Assembly (NCBI GenBank): GCA_041743505.1
Contig: JBGTMQ010000008.1
Location: forward strand, 69,183-133,182
Source: Candidatus Saccharimonadia bacterium
GTDB taxonomy: Bacteria; Patescibacteriota; Saccharimonadia; UBA4664
DNA: 64,000 bases
Reading direction: 5' to 3'
Below the pieces are notes generated by a model. The model was not told the origin of the DNA, searched no databases, and saw only the letters and a list, made by a program, of their open reading frames with translations. Within the stretch, counting starts at the first letter, position 1. Each line of letters starts with the position of its first letter. This document shows, piece after piece, positions 53,505 through 62,232 of the stretch. Position numbers and translations under genes: made by a program.

Positions 53505-53888
53505 AGCACTGGCTCACACGACAATACGTCCGATGGCGCATTTGTAGGTGAGGCTGGGCTGGGCCTACTATTTCTTGGACTAGGCGGGGAAGGAGCAAAA
53601 CAAATAGCTAAGATAACAATAAAGCCCATCGCAGCCAAAATAGCTCAGACAGCTCGCCAAGTTGCACCAAAGATAACCATAAACAATAAGGTTGTCGCCG
53701 TAAAGCAGCGCATCCAATATACAATTGGATATGGTGCAACAATAACAGATACATTACGTCAGATCTGGCCCAGCAAGCCGGTTTATAACTATGGTGGTAC
53801 GCAGTATATGACAAGTCCTTGGAGCGGCTTAGCGCAAGCAAAGGAAGTCATTATGAAATACTTAGCTAAGGCGTGGAGCGGGGCTTAG
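53505..53888 (+). pseudogene. orphan, start-less toxin C-terminal cassette paralogous to the last ~105 aa of the 46102-53166 toxin
   Basis: Frame-0 translation ...GGEGAKQIAKITIKPIAAKIAQTARQVAPKITI...[35 protein letters not shown] aligns with the toxin end ...[29 protein letters not shown]...[35 protein letters not shown]. No start codon; the frame is bounded upstream by a stop at 53502-53504. Confidence 0.7.
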
Positions 53889-53889
53889 A

Positions 53890-54217
53890 ATGCAAATATT
53901 CCCAAATCGCAAAAAAAAAGCAAAGCGTTACTTCATGTATTTGTGGGCGGTCTAACGAAATGCAAAAGATAAATAAAGCGAAATATCACAATATGACCCT
54001 ATTAATCAGTATGGGCCTAGTTGGTTACCTAGGTGCATTAGTGATTTTCCCGATGTTACTGCAGTCGCCCCGAGGTGTTACTACGAGAGGATGGATTGCC
54101 TTCGCCATAGGCACTTGCATGGTAGCGTATCTGATCTTCCTTGTCAGAAAAAATACAAAGCAGGGCCACAAATTACTTTGTTCAATGAGAAAATCCATGT
54201 TTCAGCTTGCGAGTTAG
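53890..54217 (+). pseudogene. immunity-family paralog 2 interrupted by a frameshift in an A9 homopolymer (53911-53919)
   Basis: ATG at 53890 reads MQIFPNRKKK, then hits a stop after 21 codons. The -1 frame continues ...KQSVTSCICGRSNEMQKINKAKYHN...QGHKLLCSMRKSMFQLAS. Removing one A restores a 108-aa paralog. The track's intact ORF needs a GTG at 53873 inside the preceding cassette. Confidence 0.6.
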
Positions 54218-54264
54218 CCGAGCACTCCTAAGTGCTCAATGTAGCGAGCACCACTTACACTAAG

Positions 54265-54543
54265 ATGAAAATATTTCCCCTCCCTTTAACGAAATATCCT
54301 CTAGACAAGGCGCTCAAAGAGATTAAGTTGTTCTTGGCCATTGGTTATTCAATACTTGCCTTAACGGTGTTCGTAAGCATATTCTTCGCATTGCCTGCGA
54401 TGGTGGTATGCGGTCGTCCGCTCGTATTGTGCTTTAATCCCGCTGTCAAAAAGCATCCAGATGGTAAAAAATACATGACTGCGAGTGTTGTGTTAGCGGT
54501 CCTATCGGTTCTATGCTTTGTGGTGTATCTAATAGTCAAGTAG
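54265..54543 (+). CDS. small two-TM membrane protein (MKIFP... N-terminus, distinct core), putative immunity paralog 3
   Basis: Internal Met start MKIFPLPLTKYP chosen by analogy with the paralog N-termini. Two hydrophobic helices. Lacks the GH.LLC motif. Confidence 0.45.
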   Translation: MKIFPLPLTKYPLDKALKEIKLFLAIGYSILALTVFVSIFFALPAMVVCGRPLVLCFNPAVKKHPDGKKYMTASVVLAVLSVLCFVVYLIVK

Positions 54544-54593
54544 CATTCTCCGCACACTACTTACATTTATATAAAGTTTAAGCAGCTGATAAC

Positions 54594-54914
54594 ATGAAAT
54601 TTTTCCCAGACCGTTCAAAAAAATATAAGCTAAAAAAATGTGTATGCGGGAAAGAAACCGAAAATGTCAAAGTTAACAGGAGCATATATCATAACGTAAT
54701 TCTATTTACGATAATTGGCGTTTTCGGTTTCCTTCTCTTGACCGTAATCAGTTTCTATACTCCGTTGCCTACTGATTCATGGATTGCCTGGCTGATTATG
54801 GCAGCAATACTTAGCTATGATGGATGGCAACTGTGGGTTAATACCCAACAGGGACATAATTTATGGTGCGCACTGAGAAGGGTCATGATAAGTGTTGCAG
54901 GAGCTAAAGACTAG
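54594..54914 (+). CDS. immunity-family paralog 4
   Basis: MKFFPDRSKKYKLKKCVCGKETE..., two TM helices, ...QQGHNLWCALRR. Confidence 0.65.
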   Translation: MKFFPDRSKKYKLKKCVCGKETENVKVNRSIYHNVILFTIIGVFGFLLLTVISFYTPLPTDSWIAWLIMAAILSYDGWQLWVNTQQGHNLWCALRRVMISVAGAKD

Positions 54915-54994
54915 AAAGACTCACAGAATACTTGAGCTTACAGCTATGATAATATTTTCTCATGCTTGCCAGACATCGAAATAACTAGCTCGAC

Positions 54995-55420
54995 ATGAAT
55001 AGCCCTGAAATTCTTGGCTGGATTATTTTTTGGCTTGGAACGTTGTTATTCACGGTCTTCTGTATTTATATTGCACTTCGAATAAAGGGTAACAAAGATC
55101 GTGAGTACACCGTTCGCCCCTGTATTTGCGGTCGCCGCGCCCCCTCAATCAGTTTATTCGCAGGCAATGGTTCAGGCTGGGCCGGATTCATCATTCTATA
55201 TAGCCTAATGGCGATATTACCCGCATTGTATATCGTAGACGCAACGAGTTTTATGCTGATTGAGATCCCCTGGTATTTATGGTTATCCTTGGCCCTATAC
55301 CTGTCAGGAGGTCTTGTCCCCCTTATTAAGTTCATCACTTGGGGCCATTCGCTATTGTGCGCATTACGCCGGGGACTTCTTGGCCTCGTATGGTTTTTTC
55401 ATTACAGCCACAAACACTAG
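54995..55420 (+). CDS. immunity-family paralog 5 (extra N-terminal TM helix)
   Basis: ...RPCICGRR... then TM helices and ...WGHSLLCALRR. Confidence 0.55.
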   Translation: MNSPEILGWIIFWLGTLLFTVFCIYIALRIKGNKDREYTVRPCICGRRAPSISLFAGNGSGWAGFIILYSLMAILPALYIVDATSFMLIEIPWYLWLSLALYLSGGLVPLIKFITWGHSLLCALRRGLLGLVWFFHYSHKH

Positions 55421-55522
55421 ATCCAATAGCCTTTGCGCTGTATCTAGCAGCCAAGTACACATTCGCGTGCCTGTACATGCGGCATATCAAAGGAAAAGCT
55501 TCAACGAAACCGGGCAATACTG

Positions 55523-55741
55523 GTGTTACAAAGTGGCTTGTTTATTATTGCTCTTCCAATAATACTTTCGCTGCTTATCTTTCTCGACTGGAGAGAAATG
55601 CTAAGTAAACTTTGGTTCGCCTACATATTCACGGCCGGGGAAGTCATTGCGCTCGTAATAATCGCTAGACGCTATCGACGCAAGCGTCATGGAACAATCT
55701 GCGCGCTACGCCGCGCACTTATCGCTATGTCGCCCAGATAA
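55523..55741 (+). CDS. immunity-family paralog 6 (short, C-terminal motif only)
   Basis: Two hydrophobic helices then RHGTICALRRAL. Confidence 0.45.
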   Translation: MLQSGLFIIALPIILSLLIFLDWREMLSKLWFAYIFTAGEVIALVIIARRYRRKRHGTICALRRALIAMSPR

Positions 55742-55810
55742 GCTTTCCTTTATATCCATATAATGGTAAAGTAGCTTATCCTTCCCGTTCATGTCCGAAA
55801 GGGGCGGAAG

Positions 55811-57097
55811 GTGGATGACTCCGCAACGACCGAACTCATTCGGTTAAACGCACTATGCGGCAAAAATATTGGTGCCTACATGAACCAAGTCCGCCGCATC
55901 CCATTCCTCATCCCTCAACTACAACAGGACCTAGCCACCATAGCCCAGGAAGGAGTTGAGGCCGAGGAAAGCCTGGAGAAGTGCCTCAAGGGCAAGCGCA
56001 CATTGACATCAGCCCAACGAAAAAGCCAATGGTACACTCGGCTTCAACGCCAAATCATCGCAGGCAAAGAGGCCCAAATCCGCCTGGTCTACCATAATCT
56101 GCGCTTCGCAGCCTACTTTGCCCGCCATTCCATGGGCTGGAAACAGCATTCCGATGATGAGTTCATTACTGAGCTGAACTTTGGAAAACCACGTGGTGGA
56201 GCGCCGCTACACACCCTGGATATGTTTGCGGGCAATTCATTGCCCCTGGAAGATAGGATACAGGTAGGCAATCTGTCGCTCATCAAGTCAGCCGGCAAGT
56301 ATCAACCATATTGCGGCGAGAGGATAGACCCGGTCACCGGAGCAAAAACCACCAAGCCCATCGCCAAATTCACGACCTATGCCGCCCATAACCTCTACGA
56401 TATGCTCCACCGGGCGTTTATGGTCGAAAAGTACCGTGACGGGCTATCACTCAGCTTGGCCAGAAGTATGCACCAAATGCAGGCAGCACGTAAAAAGCTC
56501 CGACGGCTCACAGGCTACGAGCCGTCCATCAATGAACTGGTGGACGACACCGATCTTGGTTACAAAGCCGTCGAATTTCGTCTCGAGGAGGAATTTGGAT
56601 GTCCCAACACCACGCTGGAAGAGCTAGCCACCACCACCTGGGTCCACGACCTCGCCACCAACGCCCGGCTGGGCCTGGCGGACCTGCTCTGGGATGACAC
56701 CATCCTGGACCCGCACGACACGCTCATCGAGCTTGATCTGCTAGATAGCATAGAGCGGGTTCTGGGCACCCTGTCAGAGCGCGAAGCCGGCGTAATTGCC
56801 TTGCGGTTTGGGCTTCGCGATGGCGAGTGCCGGACACTGGATGAGATTGGTTATGTCTATGGCGTAACCCGCGAACGCATCCGCCAAATCTTGGGCCACA
56901 CCATGACATTGCTTCGCCACCCGTCGCGAAGTAATCAATTGCGCAACCACTGGTGTGAGCAAGACCCGCTCGAAGAGCGCGATGAGCGCCGCGAAGCCAA
57001 GGAACGCCGCGACCGTACCATCACGCTCCTCTCGCATCCGCATCTCTACCCGGACACCATTAAGCCAATAGCCAAGCACAGGGCTAAGGCCAAATAG
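55811..57097 (+). CDS. sigma-70 family RNA polymerase sigma factor, highly divergent with insertions in region 2
   Basis: Region 1.2-like YMNQVRRIPFLIPQLQQDLA. Region 2.1/2.2 IRLVYHNLRFAAYFARH ... DRIQVGNLSLIKSAGKY. Region 2.3/2.4 FTTYAAHNLYDMLHRAF. Region 4 LSEREAGVIALRFGLRDGECRTLDEIGYVYGVTRERIRQILGHTM. Basic/acidic C-terminal tail. Confidence 0.75.
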   Translation: MDDSATTELIRLNALCGKNIGAYMNQVRRIPFLIPQLQQDLATIAQEGVEAEESLEKCLKGKRTLTSAQRKSQWYTRLQRQIIAGKEAQIRLVYHNLRFAAYFARHSMGWKQHSDDEFITELNFGKPRGGAPLHTLDMFAGNSLPLEDRIQVGNLSLIKSAGKYQPYCGERIDPVTGAKTTKPIAKFTTYAAHNLYDMLHRAFMVEKYRDGLSLSLARSMHQMQAARKKLRRLTGYEPSINELVDDTDLGYKAVEFRLEEEFGCPNTTLEELATTTWVHDLATNARLGLADLLWDDTILDPHDTLIELDLLDSIERVLGTLSEREAGVIALRFGLRDGECRTLDEIGYVYGVTRERIRQILGHTMTLLRHPSRSNQLRNHWCEQDPLEERDERREAKERRDRTITLLSHPHLYPDTIKPIAKHRAKAK

Positions 57098-57207
57098 ACC
57101 TTCATCCATGCAAAAAATAGCCGCTCTCCAGGACATTACGTCTTGAAGTGCGGCTTTTCAATTAATAAAGTGGCCCTCACTGGTTGCGAGACCCCACTTG
57201 ACGGAAC

Positions 57208-58152
57208 CTAATCAACGCTCTCTTCGTCATCGATATCGGTACCGTTATCTCCAGTTTGCCCATTATCAGGAGCACAGGCTGTTAGCCGCAAGCGGCGGCG
57301 CGCAAACTTGGCCTCAAGCATCTCACGAGTCTGGAAGAACTTATTGCCATGCCAAATCTCCGCCAGCGACGTATCCTGCACATTACCCACCGTCAACCAG
57401 CGCGAGAACACGCACGGCAGAACATTACCGGTACGGGTGATAGCCACCACGCTCTTAACGCAATGCCCACAGAGCTCGTCGGTAGTAGCACACAGGCTGC
57501 GCTCTCCGCGCCCCACCTGCCGCAAATGATCCATCCGGATAGACTTCTCGAACACCCCCAGAGACATGAGATCCCTGCGGGCGCCGGCACAATCCTGGCC
57601 ATTGCCCGAATCAACAATCCCAACCCGCAGCCGGATATCCCGGCGAAGTGCCTCAATAATATTATCTCTAGTCCGCCCATGGCTGCCACGCCGCTTGGTG
57701 ATAGCGTCATGCTCAGTGGCAATGCTCGAATGATAGCTCGTAGCAACCCTCACGCCCGGGAGCGAGAAAACCTCCCACACCTCCGGCTCGACGAACATAA
57801 GGTTGGTGTAAACCTCTACCTTGAGCTCACACGAAAGTGCGTAACGAATCAAAGACGACAGGGAAGGATGTAGTGTCGCTTCACCCCCAATGAACTGCAC
57901 CATATCGGCGCCAAGTACCTTAACGTCACGAATCACCCGCCGCCAGTCGTCATCCGACATGCTACCGTGATTGCCACGAGGGCCAGCGTTCAGGTAGCAG
58001 ATAGTACACTCTTCGTTGCACTTGTCGGTAATCTCAAGCCACGCGAACTTGAGTCCCGTGCTTGCCGTCTGCGACCTTGCTTCTTCTGCTACCAGTGCAG
58101 TCATAGCGGTCCTGCTTCCTATTGGGATGGATAGAACACAATGCCGGCCCAT
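57208..58152 (-). CDS. radical SAM enzyme with C-terminal SPASM/twitch-like Cys-rich domain
   Basis: CNEECTIC (C-x3-C-x2-C) SAM-cluster motif. C-terminal LCGHCVKSVVAITRTGNVLPCVF... Confidence 0.75.
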   Translation of the reverse strand: MGRHCVLSIPIGSRTAMTALVAEEARSQTASTGLKFAWLEITDKCNEECTICYLNAGPRGNHGSMSDDDWRRVIRDVKVLGADMVQFIGGEATLHPSLSSLIRYALSCELKVEVYTNLMFVEPEVWEVFSLPGVRVATSYHSSIATEHDAITKRRGSHGRTRDNIIEALRRDIRLRVGIVDSGNGQDCAGARRDLMSLGVFEKSIRMDHLRQVGRGERSLCATTDELCGHCVKSVVAITRTGNVLPCVFSRWLTVGNVQDTSLAEIWHGNKFFQTREMLEAKFARRRLRLTACAPDNGQTGDNGTDIDDEESVD

Positions 58153-58256
58153 GCCCTGGAGTAGGCAATATATGCGCCGGCATAACGATAAGTATACATT
58201 AAAGTGTCAATATGTTCTAGAATGCGCTAGAAAATATAATAGCGTAAACTTACATA

Positions 58257-59645
58257 ATGAAGCATGATTTTTTTAACGACCTCGACTCATATATTCAAGA
58301 CACACGCCCAGGGTTCGAAAAACAATTAGCCGAATTGGTCGCCATTCCCACCGTCAGCACCGATCCGGACCACGCTGCCGATATTATACTTGGCGCACAA
58401 CTTGCCGTCACTTATCTCACTAGAATCGGATTCACCGCCAGAGTTGTGCCCACCGCCGGACACCCGGTAGTAGTTGGCGAGTTAATCGGAGACGCCAGCT
58501 GGCCCACCGTCACTATCTACAACCACCTCGACGTCCAACCGGCCGACCCCGGTGAGTGGCAAACCCCGCCGTTCATGCTCACTACGTCTGACGACAAGTA
58601 CTTTGGCCGCGGCGCCACCGATGACAAAGGGCCGGCCTTAACTGCTCTCATGGCCACAAAATATGCCCACGAACACCAGCTGCCGCTCAATTTTAAATAC
58701 ATCTGGGAATTCGAAGAAGAGAGTGGCAGCACCCATTTCGAAGACTTCATAGTAGCTGAGCGTGCGGCTCTGGACACCGATTCGGTTTTGGTATCGGACA
58801 GTGTCTGGATCTCCGCCGGCCGCGCGGCTATACCATATGGCTTGCGCGGATTGGTTTCGTTCGAATTGAGGCTCCAGACCGGCCGTAGCGACGTCCACTC
58901 CGGTCTGGCCGGCGGCGCAGCTCGCAACCCACTGGGCGAGCTAATGCAAATCATCATCGAATGCTACGACGCCACCACCGGACATGTCAAAGTCCCCGGT
59001 TTCTACGACAGCGTTCAACCCGTCACCGAAGCCGAACTGGACAGCTTTGTCGCTTCGGGCTTCGACGCTAAAGTCTTCGCCAAAGCACATGGTCTCAGCT
59101 CAATGCGCACCGTCGATAACCGTGATCTCGCCAGACGAGTTATGGCTGAGCCAACATTTGAGGTCCATGGCCTGCTTGGCGGCTATACTGGACCGGGTAT
59201 TAAAAACATCATTCCACCTGCCGCCACCGCCAAATTAAGCACCCGGCTCGTACCCGGCCAACATCCAGAGCAAACATTTGATCTAATCAAGAAGTTCATC
59301 AACCAGAAGCACCCAGACGTCGTAGTAAGCCCAGGAGATGCCTGCGAGCCATATCTCGGCGCGTTTGAAGGATCATACACAACTGCCGCCATAAACGCCA
59401 CTAACTATGCCTTCGGCTCCACTCCGGCGTTCATTCGTGAAGGCGGCTCAATCGGTTCCGTGCTGACCATGGCACATCACCTTAAAGCTCCCATAATACT
59501 CCTTGGGCTAAGCCTGCCCAGCCACGGCTACCACTCGGTCAATGAACACTACGACTGGACTCAGGCCTCAGGCGGCATCAAATTGTTCGTCAAGTACTTT
59601 AGTGAGATCGCAGATATTAAGCGCGGCCACATCACGTCGAGCTAG
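58257..59645 (+). CDS. M20 family metallopeptidase (dipeptidase/deacylase-like)
   Basis: YNHLDVQPAD, GRGATDDKGPALTALMA, EFEEESGS. Confidence 0.8.
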   Translation: MKHDFFNDLDSYIQDTRPGFEKQLAELVAIPTVSTDPDHAADIILGAQLAVTYLTRIGFTARVVPTAGHPVVVGELIGDASWPTVTIYNHLDVQPADPGEWQTPPFMLTTSDDKYFGRGATDDKGPALTALMATKYAHEHQLPLNFKYIWEFEEESGSTHFEDFIVAERAALDTDSVLVSDSVWISAGRAAIPYGLRGLVSFELRLQTGRSDVHSGLAGGAARNPLGELMQIIIECYDATTGHVKVPGFYDSVQPVTEAELDSFVASGFDAKVFAKAHGLSSMRTVDNRDLARRVMAEPTFEVHGLLGGYTGPGIKNIIPPAATAKLSTRLVPGQHPEQTFDLIKKFINQKHPDVVVSPGDACEPYLGAFEGSYTTAAINATNYAFGSTPAFIREGGSIGSVLTMAHHLKAPIILLGLSLPSHGYHSVNEHYDWTQASGGIKLFVKYFSEIADIKRGHITSS

Positions 59646-60817
59646 TATCCAGCCCTCTGTGCCAGGCCCAATGCGTAGTCTGGCCACCATTCGCCGGCCT
59701 TCGGCTCATTGCGACCACACTCGCCGTCAGACTCGCCAGGCGATTTGATCCATAGATACGCATCGACTAACGGAACGCCGGTCTGAGTAGTCGGCTTCGT
59801 ACCCAAAGCACGGCCGGTCGGATTGCACCACTGACCGTCAGTACCTAACCCATTGCGGCTAGTATCGATGACAAAATGCTTGCCTCCAACCAGCGCCGAG
59901 ATCTGGTAGCCATAAACAGTATTCTCGGGGGTAGTAATAAAGTTTGACACATTCAGCGAAAAGCCGTCTGCCGCACCAACGCCGGCCGAGTTCAACCGTG
60001 AAGCCATAGTTACTGGAGTCTGCCAGGTAACATTGCCGGCATCCAAATAAACCGCCGCTTGCTTATTGCGCTTAAGAATCGACGTGGTGTTGCGCAAAAT
60101 ATTATAAACCTCAGTCTGCTGCACAGCACTAAAACACTCGATTTCAGCCAGCGAATCAGGCTCCAAGATATACATGACTGGCTGCTGGCCGGCCGCCACG
60201 GCAACCCGCTCAATCCAGGCCATATAAGCCGCCGTACTACTAGCTCCGCCAGACGAATAACTGCCGCAATCCCGGTTCGGTAAGTTATACAGCACCACCA
60301 CGGGTAGGGCACGGGCTGCCGCAGCTCCTCCAATATACCGGCCCGCCTCTTCATACGGATCCACATTCCAGTCGCCCAGCCACTTGGCCTGCGGCTGACT
60401 CGCCATACGGCGAAGGGTGGCAGCATCACCTACCCGAGCCGCATCCCACACAGCAGCCTGTTGGCTCACACTCGTATTTGGCTCCACATACAGCGGCAAC
60501 TTCAGCAAGGCAGCAATAGCTACCGACGGTTGGGTTACTATCCTGGGTAAATTCGGTACAACCGGGGCTTTAACCGGAACCGGACCGGCAGTTGGCTTGG
60601 GGGTTGGAGTTGGGCTTGGCTTAGGGCTGGGCGTAGGTGACCGCGACGGAATTGGTGTTGGCGAAGCTTCTTCCGTTGACTGCACATGGCTAGTCTGAGT
60701 CGGCTTTTGACGGTTTATAACACTAAGGGTGCCTCCAATACCAAGTATCGCAACCACAATAACGATCGTATGGAAATGGTAGGACACAAGTATGGATTTG
60801 AGCCGCGAACTATGCAT
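59642..60817 (-). CDS. glycoside hydrolase family 6-like (cellulase-like) protein with N-terminal membrane anchor and Pro/Thr/Ser-rich linker
   Basis: VVLYNLPNRDCG (GH6 catalytic-acid motif region) and YLWIKSPGESDGECG. PT-rich linker SPTPIPSRSPTPSPKPSPTPTPKPTAGP. Confidence 0.65.
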   Translation of the reverse strand: MHSSRLKSILVSYHFHTIVIVVAILGIGGTLSVINRQKPTQTSHVQSTEEASPTPIPSRSPTPSPKPSPTPTPKPTAGPVPVKAPVVPNLPRIVTQPSVAIAALLKLPLYVEPNTSVSQQAAVWDAARVGDAATLRRMASQPQAKWLGDWNVDPYEEAGRYIGGAAAARALPVVVLYNLPNRDCGSYSSGGASSTAAYMAWIERVAVAAGQQPVMYILEPDSLAEIECFSAVQQTEVYNILRNTTSILKRNKQAAVYLDAGNVTWQTPVTMASRLNSAGVGAADGFSLNVSNFITTPENTVYGYQISALVGGKHFVIDTSRNGLGTDGQWCNPTGRALGTKPTTQTGVPLVDAYLWIKSPGESDGECGRNEPKAGEWWPDYALGLAQRAGY

Positions 60818-60857
60818 AGCGTTCCCTAGCGAGCATTACCGCTTAATATAGTACCAT

Positions 60858-62009
60858 CTAAACCGCTATCTGTTGGAATTCTTGAGTCGCCATACCGGCC
60901 AGTAATTCCACAAACCCCTGCCGCACCGGTATCGCCTCATAAGGCAATCCCGGACCCCGGCAATTAAAGTCAACTACCAACCATTGCTCCTCATCTCGCC
61001 CGGACGGCTTCACGCGTATCCAATCCACGGCTCCATACAAGTAGGGAACATTTGAAGCCCCGGCCAATTCCAAGGCAGCCTTAACGGACTTCTCATAGAT
61101 ATAAGATCCAGGCGGAAAACTGTCTGGGTGAATTGGCACAATCTCGTGAAATGGCAGCCGGTTGGTACCCGGAGCACTCGTTTTGACGAGCGGGTATGCC
61201 TTGGCGCTACGCTGGCCCCGCGAGTCGGTTGTGACCATCACATGCATCCGGACTTCGCGCGCCCGGTCGGCTCTGGCATTAGCGGCCAACAACTGACCAC
61301 TATGGTACCTAGTAAGTGGCATCAAATCTTGTAGGGGCTGAGTCGTATCAAAAAAAGGCTGGATAAGACCATTCGCACCCAGGCTACCTGCCTCCAACGC
61401 AACCCATACATCAGCCGGCAAATCGAATGTTCTAATCCCCTTACTCCTGGAACCACCCAGAGGTTTATAAATAACTGGATGGTCGCCGTACCTATCCGCC
61501 AGCTTATCTATGTCCCAGACATTCCACGTATCAATCGCCACGCCGCAATGCTCTAAAATAGTATGCATTTTGTCCTTACGGTTGCCAAAGTACTGGACGC
61601 TCTTATGATTAAGCAGCCGCCTTGCAGGTAATCCAATCCCATGGGCAACCCGCTCAATAGTGCCATCGGGGTGGGTAATTTCCTGCTGAAAGTTAGACAC
61701 CCAATGATCAATGATGACAGGGTAATCTACAATGGAGCCAGGCCCAAAAGTCGCCTCAACCAATACGCCCTCGAGATTATATACGGGATCTCTGGCAATC
61801 CTGACCTGCGGCAATTCATCACGCCCAGTCGGCTTATGAACCACACAGGCAATGTGAAACTCCAGACTAGCCGCCCGCAGGTCACGCTGAAGCAGATCCG
61901 GCCTGAAAAACATATCCTCTTGCCAAGGATGAAGCGCATGGTTCCCGTATAGCATGAGAATCGCATGAGTCATGGTCCACGTACTATATATCAGGAAGGG
62001 CCGCCGCAT
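60858..62009 (-). CDS. hypothetical protein, possible ATP-grasp fold
   Basis: VIYKPLGGSRSKGIRTF resembles the ATP-grasp Gly-rich loop. The match is weak. Confidence 0.4.
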   Translation of the reverse strand: MRRPFLIYSTWTMTHAILMLYGNHALHPWQEDMFFRPDLLQRDLRAASLEFHIACVVHKPTGRDELPQVRIARDPVYNLEGVLVEATFGPGSIVDYPVIIDHWVSNFQQEITHPDGTIERVAHGIGLPARRLLNHKSVQYFGNRKDKMHTILEHCGVAIDTWNVWDIDKLADRYGDHPVIYKPLGGSRSKGIRTFDLPADVWVALEAGSLGANGLIQPFFDTTQPLQDLMPLTRYHSGQLLAANARADRAREVRMHVMVTTDSRGQRSAKAYPLVKTSAPGTNRLPFHEIVPIHPDSFPPGSYIYEKSVKAALELAGASNVPYLYGAVDWIRVKPSGRDEEQWLVVDFNCRGPGLPYEAIPVRQGFVELLAGMATQEFQQIAV

Positions 62010-62232
62010 ATAGGTATTTTTGCCAAAAAAGCCGCCTGTGGAAAAATAAGCTATTGATTCTTCAAACCGCTCATGCTAAAAACAAACTAGATAGTTTGGA
62101 GTGGAGATTAGTTTACATTCAAATAGAGCACGTCTCTTTTTGCATGGGTACTGCAGGTGCCAACACTAAGCTTCGCAAACTATCTGACAGACGGGTGCAA
62201 AATACGCCCGTCTGTTTTTTTAGGACTAAAGC

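Noticed and set aside
53873-54217. Intact 114-aa ORF from GTG 53873 as the real immunity paralog 2
   Set aside because: It requires a GTG start inside the preceding orphan-toxin cassette. It also loses the MxIFP(D/N)R N-terminus that the other paralogs share and that is present in-frame from ATG 53890. A frameshift in the A9 tract explains the data better.
56774-57873. ORFs antisense to the sigma-factor gene (56774-57136) and to the radical-SAM gene (57349-57873)
   Set aside because: They are fully embedded in confidently called genes on the other strand, and no motif supports them.
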